NCBI GenBank assembly: GCA_964508365.1
Contig: CAZDTP010000058.1
Coordinates: forward strand, 1-21,996
Reading direction: 5' to 3'
Length of the DNA: 21,996 bases
From: an uncultured archaeon
GTDB lineage: Archaea > Asgardarchaeota > Lokiarchaeia > Sigyniarchaeales > SOKP01
Part shown: positions 1-6,396 of the stretch, one piece after another
Position numbering within the stretch: the stretch's first letter is position 1
Layout of the letters: every line of letters starts with the position of its first letter
Made by a program: the position numbers and the translations under genes
Notes under the pieces: generated by a model
The model's input: the letters and a program-made list of their open reading frames with translations, nothing else
What the model was told of the DNA's origin: nothing
The model's database searches: none

Positions 1-518
1 TATTTTACAAGATTTTCACCCGCTTGCCCTATACAAGCAACGCGTGTTAGTTGGGATCCTGATTTTTCCTTCAATATTTTGGATGTTTCAAATATACCCT
101 TTCCCCACAGATCCGAAGCATCCTTGATTTCCACTTTATTCTCATTTATTTCTAAAAACACCGGACTCTCCGACGACCCTTTAAATACAATCCCATCATA
201 ACCTGCCTTTCTTAATTCTGGACCGAAAAATCCTCCGCAATTCGATTCTCCCCATATTCCTGTCAAGGGGGATTTAGCACAAACAACGAATCTACCACTT
301 GTAGGCGCATTTGAACCGCAAAAAAGACCAGTCATAAACATTAATATATTATCTGGTGAAAGAGGGTCAGTATCTTTATCAATCTTGTCATATAAATATT
401 TACAAGCATATCCAGCACCTCCAATAAAATTTGCAGCAAAACTATCGTTGATATTTTCTTCACTAATCTCTTTATCGGTTAAATTAACTATTAAAAGCTT
501 ACCTTCAAAACCTTTCAT
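1..518 (-). CDS. aor: Aldehyde:ferredoxin oxidoreductase family (W/Mo-pterin), N-terminal part; truncated by window start
   Basis: Manual translation from ATG at 518: MKGFEGKLLIVNLTDKEISEE...FIGGAGY...DPLSPDNILMFMTG...SGRFVVCAKSPLTGIWGESNCGGFFGPELRKAGYDGIVFKG...IKDASDLWGKG...VACIGQAGENLV. These are hallmark AOR N-terminal motifs. SD-like AGGTG lies 8 nt upstream (531-527). Not in the ORF track. Confidence 0.93.
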   Translation of the reverse strand, partial: MKGFEGKLLIVNLTDKEISEENINDSFAANFIGGAGYACKYLYDKIDKDTDPLSPDNILMFMTGLFCGSNAPTSGRFVVCAKSPLTGIWGESNCGGFFGPELRKAGYDGIVFKGSSESPVFLEINENKVEIKDASDLWGKGIFETSKILKEKSGSQLTRVACIGQAGENLVK

Positions 519-690
519 TTAATTGGCACCTTATTTTTATATGAAAAATTAATTATTTAACATTTATAGATTTAATCGTAGATTTTTATCTACTAATTCA
601 AGTTTAGAAGTATGTCTCAATTCTAACTTGATTACTAAGTTTAGAATTAGTAAGGCGAAATTTATATTTTCCTAAATAAAAAGGCATATT

Positions 691-2433
691 CTATTTAAAA
701 ATTTTAACTTCACGAGCTTCTAATGTTTCGAGTGAAGCGGGAAACTTCTTGAGATTATTACGTTCAATATTTAAGTACTGAAGAGAAGAAAGTGATTCTA
801 TTGATTTTGGGATATTATTAATAAAATTTGTTCTTAAAAATAAATATTTTAAGGATTTGAGATTTCCAATAGAATCAGGTATCTCTGTTAGCTTGTTGTT
901 ACCTAAATAAAGATATTTTAAATTTTTTAATTCTCCGATTGTATCAGGAATTTCTTTCAAGTTGTTATAATATAGATAAAGTCTTTTAAGAGATTGTAAA
1001 GATCCAATCGTATCGGGAATTGTACTGATAAGATTTTTGCCTAAATCTAAATTTTCTAAAGTTTTTAGAGAACCAATGCTATTAGGTATTGTTTCAAGGC
1101 GATTAAATCCTAAAACTAAGTTTTTTATTAAAGGCAACTTCCCTATAGATGGTGTTAATTCCCTTAATGCATTAGTAGAAATATCTAGTTCTTTTAATGC
1201 ATCCAATGATCCTATTGAATCGGGTAATAAAATCAATTGGTTTTTACTTAAATCTAATATTTCAAGAGATTTTAAGTTCCCAAGAGAATCAGGAAGAGAT
1301 TTCAGTTTATTATCATATAAATCTAACTCCTTTAAAGAGGTAAGATCTCCAATCGAGTCGGGAAACGTCTCAAGCTCGTTACGATCAACCTTTAATGTTT
1401 CGAGAGATTTTAATTTGCAAATCGAATTGGGTAATTGCTTAAGCATATTTCTATCCAATTTTAATGTTTTAATCGCGCTTAAGGACTCGAGCTCAGGCAG
1501 AAAAGTTAAATGATTATTTGATAATTCTAATTTAATAAGAGATTTTAGTGCGTTAATGGATTTTGGCAATTCAGTAAGATAATTGGAAGAAATATTTAAG
1601 TTTTCTAATGATTCAAGAAATCCAATCGACTCTGGGAGAATAGGAAGCTTATTAGACATTAAGCCTAAATATTTAAGGTTTTTTAAGTTTCCAATCGAAT
1701 CTGGTAGATAAGTAAGATTATTAGCTTTTAAGAAGAGAGATGACAAAGAAGTTAAATTTCCTATTGAATTTGGCAATTTACTTAATTTATTATTCCTTAA
1801 ATTTAATCTCTTTAAAGAACTCAATAATCCTATAGCTTCAGGTAAAATATCAAAGTTGTTACTTCCTAAATATAACATTTTTAAAGATTTTAATTCTTTT
1901 ATAGAGTCTGGAAGTTCGCTTAACATATTATAACTCAGATCTAAAGTTGCCAGGTTTTTTAATGCTCCTATAGTATCAGGTATTTTGTAAAGAGAGTTTT
2001 CACTCAGATCTAATAGAGTAAGGCAAGTCAAGGAGCTTATAGTATCCGGCAGTAAAGTTAAACGATTGGTTTCTAAATGTAATTCTTTTAATGACGAAAG
2101 AGAATAAATGGCTTTTGGTAATTTTACTAACCTATTTTCACTTAAATCTAAAGTATCAAGAGAAGAAATAAAACAAAGCTCTTCCGGTATAACTTTTAAA
2201 TTATTACCTCTCAGAAGAATTTTCTTTAAACGAGTAAGAGTAGTAATTTTCTCAGGTATTATTGTTAATCCACAAGAAAATAGACTTAAGCCCTCTACAT
2301 GGTTATCTCTGGCTGTAAATCCAAAAGTATAACTTTGTAGATCTGACACTTCAGGAATATCCAACCCTATTAATTTCTCTAAATACCTTAGAAATTTTAG
2401 TTCAACTTCAACTAGTGGCATAGATCTAATCAA
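691..2433 (-). CDS. Leucine-rich repeat protein, 23 tandem 23-aa SHOC2/typical-type LRRs with short N- and C-caps; no signal peptide or TM
   Basis: Consensus LxxLxLxxNxLxxLPxxIGxLxx is repeated 23 times; repeat 12 is 22 aa. The track start at 2433 is TTG and an alternative ATG is at 2421. Confidence 0.95.
   Translation of the reverse strand: MIRSMPLVEVELKFLRYLEKLIGLDIPEVSDLQSYTFGFTARDNHVEGLSLFSCGLTIIPEKITTLTRLKKILLRGNNLKVIPEELCFISSLDTLDLSENRLVKLPKAIYSLSSLKELHLETNRLTLLPDTISSLTCLTLLDLSENSLYKIPDTIGALKNLATLDLSYNMLSELPDSIKELKSLKMLYLGSNNFDILPEAIGLLSSLKRLNLRNNKLSKLPNSIGNLTSLSSLFLKANNLTYLPDSIGNLKNLKYLGLMSNKLPILPESIGFLESLENLNISSNYLTELPKSINALKSLIKLELSNNHLTFLPELESLSAIKTLKLDRNMLKQLPNSICKLKSLETLKVDRNELETFPDSIGDLTSLKELDLYDNKLKSLPDSLGNLKSLEILDLSKNQLILLPDSIGSLDALKELDISTNALRELTPSIGKLPLIKNLVLGFNRLETIPNSIGSLKTLENLDLGKNLISTIPDTIGSLQSLKRLYLYYNNLKEIPDTIGELKNLKYLYLGNNKLTEIPDSIGNLKSLKYLFLRTNFINNIPKSIESLSSLQYLNIERNNLKKFPASLETLEAREVKIFK
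720..2300 (-). repeat. Degenerate 69-bp coding tandem repeat (LRR array)
   Basis: CC(A/G)ATxGxATC(A/G)GG recurs at 866, 935 and 1004, i.e. 69-bp spacing equal to the 23-aa repeat. Boundaries are approximate. Confidence 0.85.
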
Positions 2434-2540
2434 TTAATTCTTTAATTTAAAGAATGACCAACGATAGTTATAAACAATTAATAAAAAGAAGCATATTTAT
2501 TGTTTAACTTTTCGACAAAAAAGATTTGGAATTCAATCTC

Positions 2541-2556
2541 AAAAAAAAAAAAAAAA
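2541..2556 (-). terminator. T16 tract on - strand, 33 nt downstream of the ADH stop; candidate archaeal oligo(U) terminator
   Basis: A16 on + strand. Archaeal intrinsic termination at U-tracts is established. The homopolymer length may be unreliable. Confidence 0.5.
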
Positions 2557-2589
2557 CCCAATAAAGTCTGAATTCAAGGAAAATTAAGC

Positions 2590-3786
2590 TTAAAAATCTA
2601 CATCCTTCCCTTCAAATGCATATTGGTATAATTTAGCAAATTGCTCACCGCTCGTTGATCTCGGAGTGAGAACAGAACTCGCGTCTTGATAACACAAATT
2701 AACTAACATATCCAAATCCTTTTCAAAATCCTCTTTTGAAACACCAGTTTCTTTAAGAGTTGAAGGAAAATTAACTTCCCTTTGAAGTTCAACCAGTTTA
2801 TCTATAACCTTCTCCGCTGCTTTTTTGTCTCCTTCACTCCAAGAGACCCAACCTAATTGTTTTGCTAGTTTGGCGTAAATCTTGACGGCATCGTCTTTAT
2901 CAGGATCATTTAAAATAAACTGAGTAACATATTTCATTACAATTCCTACACTCTTGCCATGATGTACATGATACATCGAGCCCCACGAATGTCCGAGCGT
3001 GTGTCCTATATGTACTTGTCCATTTCCAAAAGCTAAGCCTGCGATAGTAGCTGCTTGGTGAAGAAAATCTCTCGCTTCTTGATTTTTTCCATCCTTATAA
3101 ATAATTGGCAGATATTTAAATACTAGTTCAATTGCCTTTAACGCAAGCGCATTACTAAATTCATTTCTCCATAAAGTCCCCAACCCTTCTATGGAATGAG
3201 CAAGGGCATCAAAAGCTGTATTAACAGTTAGCTCTGTAGGCATGCCCATTGGAAAAATTGGGTCTACAATAGCGTAAGTTGGTATTAGTCCTCTATGAAG
3301 AAAGAAGAACTTCTTCCATATCTCATCTTCATAGCGAGAAATTACGGTTACAAACGTTGTTTCTGCTCCTGTTCCAGAAGTCGTTGGAATAGCTACCAAT
3401 TTTGCTTTTTTACCCATATCGTATAAATCATTTCTAAAAGCATGAATGTCATCTAAAGCAAATTCAGGAAATTCGTATAAACACCAAACTACTTTAGCGG
3501 TATCCATAACTGAGCCACCACCTAATGCTAAAATTATATCTGGAGAATAGTTTAAGCATTGTTCTCGAGCTTTTAGAACGCCCTCTTCTCTAGGATCTGG
3601 AACTACATCATCAAAAACTTCGTATTTCTTCCCAAATTTGCCCAGAACATCTGTTAAGATTTTTAAATAACCTAAGTCTTTAACTACTTTATCAGTGATT
3701 ATGAAACATTTTTCACCAGTTATATTTTCTATAAAATCTAAGGAATCTGGTCCATAGATTATATTAGGGGAAAAGAAAAACCACAT
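2590..3786 (-). CDS. Iron-containing (group III) alcohol dehydrogenase, AdhE-C/butanol-dehydrogenase-like
   Basis: IITD, GGGSVMDTAK, PTTSGTGAE, AIVDP, DALAHSIE, HIGHTLGH and HHG motifs (nucleotide site and Asp/His metal ligands). SD GGTGA upstream. Confidence 0.93.
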   Translation of the reverse strand: MWFFFSPNIIYGPDSLDFIENITGEKCFIITDKVVKDLGYLKILTDVLGKFGKKYEVFDDVVPDPREEGVLKAREQCLNYSPDIILALGGGSVMDTAKVVWCLYEFPEFALDDIHAFRNDLYDMGKKAKLVAIPTTSGTGAETTFVTVISRYEDEIWKKFFFLHRGLIPTYAIVDPIFPMGMPTELTVNTAFDALAHSIEGLGTLWRNEFSNALALKAIELVFKYLPIIYKDGKNQEARDFLHQAATIAGLAFGNGQVHIGHTLGHSWGSMYHVHHGKSVGIVMKYVTQFILNDPDKDDAVKIYAKLAKQLGWVSWSEGDKKAAEKVIDKLVELQREVNFPSTLKETGVSKEDFEKDLDMLVNLCYQDASSVLTPRSTSGEQFAKLYQYAFEGKDVDF

Positions 3787-3942
3787 TTTACAGATTCACC
3801 ATCTAATTATTTAATATTTTTTAAAAATTAAATTTCTATTTTAATAGATTAATAATACTTATATCTTTTTTTGATTAAATAAATTATTAACGATTAAAGA
3901 AAAATAATACTTCTACGGTCTTAAAGAAAGTGGTATACAATC

Positions 3943-4371
3943 ATGGAAGAATCTGAACAAGAAAATTTATATTTAACATTCAAAGGGGTAATTGAGAGCA
4001 TAATTTTAGACAAGCGTAAAAATCCTAAGAATTTAAAACAATTAGACAGTTTTCAAGCAAGATTAAATCTTGGACTTCAAGTTGAAGATGATTTTTATTT
4101 ATGGGTAAATCTAATAGCAAAGAATGGAAACTATAATCTTGAAAGAGGAAAACTAGAAGAATACGATTTAGAACTAAAATCTACTCCAGAGGACTTATTG
4201 TACTTTTCTAACGGCGAAAATTCTACTCTGAATATGATGTTAAAGAAGAATAAATTCGGTACTAAGAAGCTGAGATTTGATAAAAGTAGTGATGGAAAAA
4301 GGAATTTTGGTTTATTGCTTAAACTCCCCAAAATCCTCGTGTTAGATAAGATCAACCCACCTAAAAAATAG
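3943..4371 (+). CDS. Small protein, probable divergent SCP2 (sterol-carrier)-like lipid-binding fold
   Basis: Pattern resembles SCP2: helix, beta hairpin (LWVNLIAKNGNYNLERGK), YDLELKSTPEDLLYFSNGE, short helix, KLRF..., NFGLLLKL. Recognised by eye only. Confidence 0.55.
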   Translation: MEESEQENLYLTFKGVIESIILDKRKNPKNLKQLDSFQARLNLGLQVEDDFYLWVNLIAKNGNYNLERGKLEEYDLELKSTPEDLLYFSNGENSTLNMMLKKNKFGTKKLRFDKSSDGKRNFGLLLKLPKILVLDKINPPKK

Positions 4372-4396
4372 CATATCAGAATACCCTATTAATAGC

Positions 4397-5026
4397 CTAA
4401 CTAATATTTTGTACAGTTTTATTTGTGAAAATGAAACTGGACTTTTTTTCTTTTAACTTAGAAAACCTAATCTCGTATTGATGTAGAAAGACATCAATTT
4501 CACCAGTTTTTTCATTAAGAATCAAAATAATAATAGATGGATTTTGACTTGCAACAAATGACCATGCTCCGGTGACGCTTCCAGGATTCAATAATAACAC
4601 ACCATTATTTGTTAGAACAACTTCTTCTTTATGAGTGTGACCCGATATGAGGACATTGTAGTTGTTATCAATCGCGAGAGCTACAAGCTGAGCATGATCC
4701 CCCCTTGGATTAATTTGATGACCATGTGTTAATCCAATTGTAAAAATTTCTTTAGTTTCTAAAGATATTTCTATGTGTTGATAAATGGGAGCATTTCTGT
4801 TTCCACCATAGTAATCCATATTTCCAACTACAATTAATACTTCGGTTTTTGTTATTTTTTTTAGATAACTCATGAATCTTGGTGCTTTAATAACATCACC
4901 AGTAAAAAGGGTATAATCGAACTTTCCATTTAAAGCATTCTCTTCTAACACATCACAAATTTGAACTGGAATGTTTTTGGCTCGACGAGGTATATGAGAA
5001 TCACCAATTGCCAATATTTTTATCAT
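4397..5026 (-). CDS. Vps29-like / MJ0936-YfcE family metallophosphoesterase
   Basis: GDSHIPRR, TGD, GNMD, HGHQINPRGD, ISGHTHK and NPGSVTGAW closely parallel eukaryotic VPS29 motifs (GDLHIPHR, HGHQVIPWGD, ISGHTHK, NPGSATGAY). Confidence 0.9.
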   Translation of the reverse strand: MIKILAIGDSHIPRRAKNIPVQICDVLEENALNGKFDYTLFTGDVIKAPRFMSYLKKITKTEVLIVVGNMDYYGGNRNAPIYQHIEISLETKEIFTIGLTHGHQINPRGDHAQLVALAIDNNYNVLISGHTHKEEVVLTNNGVLLLNPGSVTGAWSFVASQNPSIIILILNEKTGEIDVFLHQYEIRFSKLKEKKSSFIFTNKTVQNIS

Positions 5027-5105
5027 AAGTAGCTAGAAATTATTTAGTATTTGAAAAAATAATATCTTTATATTTATTTTAATAAGTTAAGTTTTGATCT
5101 TTTAT

Positions 5106-6242
5106 TTAACGGGTAACCATTAATTCTTCTAATTCCTTTTTCATTTTTTGAATGTGAGGTTTCTCAAAATGGTTTCTAACGGGCTCTAATAACTCAGTTA
5201 TCTTATTCGCTACTCCAATTTTTAGATCAAGAGGATGCAAGCTTTTTGATAAAAATGCTTTCTCTAATTCTGTATAAGAATTGAATTCTATGTCTCCACC
5301 AAATTTTGATTTTCTTTCAATTAGAATATTTGAACCTTTATTCCTAAAAATCACATATTTGGCCCAATCTAAAATTGGATTTACAGAAACATTTCCTTCA
5401 GGACAGAATGCGTTTTTTACTTTATTTTTTATTTCTTCTGGAGTATCGTTAACGAATACGGCTGAATTTGGTATTGATTTACTCATTTTCATATCTGACC
5501 ACATTTCTTGAAGTTGAGTCGGATCTTCAATAGGCCAGATTGCAGGTTTTGTCAATCCAAGTATTAAATGATGATGAACGCATATAGGTTTTATTTTTTC
5601 TCCGACTGTGTTTACTAAATTGTTTTTTTTCATTTTTAATGCAACTTCTCGAGCTACAACATGTGCCTTTCTCTGATCATATCCTGAATGGGCTAAATTA
5701 ACATTTTGTATATAGATATCTGCAACTTGCATAGCTGGATACAATAATTTAGCGAAATCAACGCCTTCACCTAATTTTCGTCCCATTATCGTAATACTTC
5801 TGTGCATCCTGTTAAGGGTTGTATTTTTGCATACATCAATAAAGGTTTCCCAGTAATTGTCGTTATTGTGATAAAGATCGGTCCCTAAAGTAAATTTAAC
5901 TTTCTCTGGGTCAGCATCAACAGCTCTCAGGCAAGCTTTTAAGCCTTCTTTAAAATATCCTATAGCGATATTCTGGATTTGCTCTAAATCTCCGCCTAAT
6001 TTATCGTTTATCCAACTATGCCAATCAGCTAAGAATACTGAACATTTAACTCCGGCATCTAAGAAATCTTTTATTTTTGACATACACACAATACCAGTCC
6101 CTAAGTGAACCTTTCCCGAGATTTCGAATCCGATATAATGATTTAAAGGAACTCCAGATTCCAAATATTGTCTTAAATCGTCCTCTGTTAAAATTTCTTC
6201 AGTTCCTCTTTTAATTAATTCAAATCGTTCTGACACATCCAT
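5106..6242 (-). CDS. tyrS: Tyrosine--tRNA ligase, archaeal type
   Basis: YIGFEISGKVHLGTG (HIGH), LLYPAMQVADI, GYDQRKAH, KMSKS, LHPLDLK. 378 aa with no bacterial S4 domain. Confidence 0.96.
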   Translation of the reverse strand: MDVSERFELIKRGTEEILTEDDLRQYLESGVPLNHYIGFEISGKVHLGTGIVCMSKIKDFLDAGVKCSVFLADWHSWINDKLGGDLEQIQNIAIGYFKEGLKACLRAVDADPEKVKFTLGTDLYHNNDNYWETFIDVCKNTTLNRMHRSITIMGRKLGEGVDFAKLLYPAMQVADIYIQNVNLAHSGYDQRKAHVVAREVALKMKKNNLVNTVGEKIKPICVHHHLILGLTKPAIWPIEDPTQLQEMWSDMKMSKSIPNSAVFVNDTPEEIKNKVKNAFCPEGNVSVNPILDWAKYVIFRNKGSNILIERKSKFGGDIEFNSYTELEKAFLSKSLHPLDLKIGVANKITELLEPVRNHFEKPHIQKMKKELEELMVTR

Positions 6243-6330
6243 GAGTATAAATAAAATTAGAAGATTTAATTATTTTATTAGTAATTATTTTTGGACTTAC
6301 TTTTTGGAGAATTAACGGAATAGAAATGAA

Positions 6331-6346
6331 TTATAAAAAGTTTTTC
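6331..6346 (-). promoter_or_regulatory. Candidate BRE+TATA for tyrS
   Basis: Minus strand GAAAAACTTTTTATAA, about 90 nt upstream of the tyrS ATG, matches a purine-rich BRE followed by a TTTATA box. The background is AT-rich, so chance matches are possible. Confidence 0.45.
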
Positions 6347-6396
6347 AAACCAATTTTTGTAATTGGAGGATGTATGGTAAAAAGGATTATAATTTC

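Noticed and set aside
1037-2332. + strand ORFs 1037-1513 and 2108-2332
   Set aside because: Antisense shadows of the LRR gene; their periodicity simply mirrors the 69-bp repeat.
691-2433. LRR array as a diversity-generating-retroelement target, or CRISPR-like repeat array
   Set aside because: No reverse transcriptase or template/variable repeat pair in the window; the repeats are degenerate, in-frame and coding, with no repeat-spacer structure.
2541-2556. A16 homopolymer as a phase-variation tract or retro-insertion tail
   Set aside because: It is intergenic, so it cannot frameshift a gene; I saw no target-site duplication; a terminator or homopolymer-length artefact is the simpler explanation.
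3835-3848. Palindrome TCTATT-TT-AATAGA in the divergent adh/SCP2-like promoter region
   Set aside because: Only 6 bp per arm in about 85% AT sequence; expected by chance, with no second copy found.
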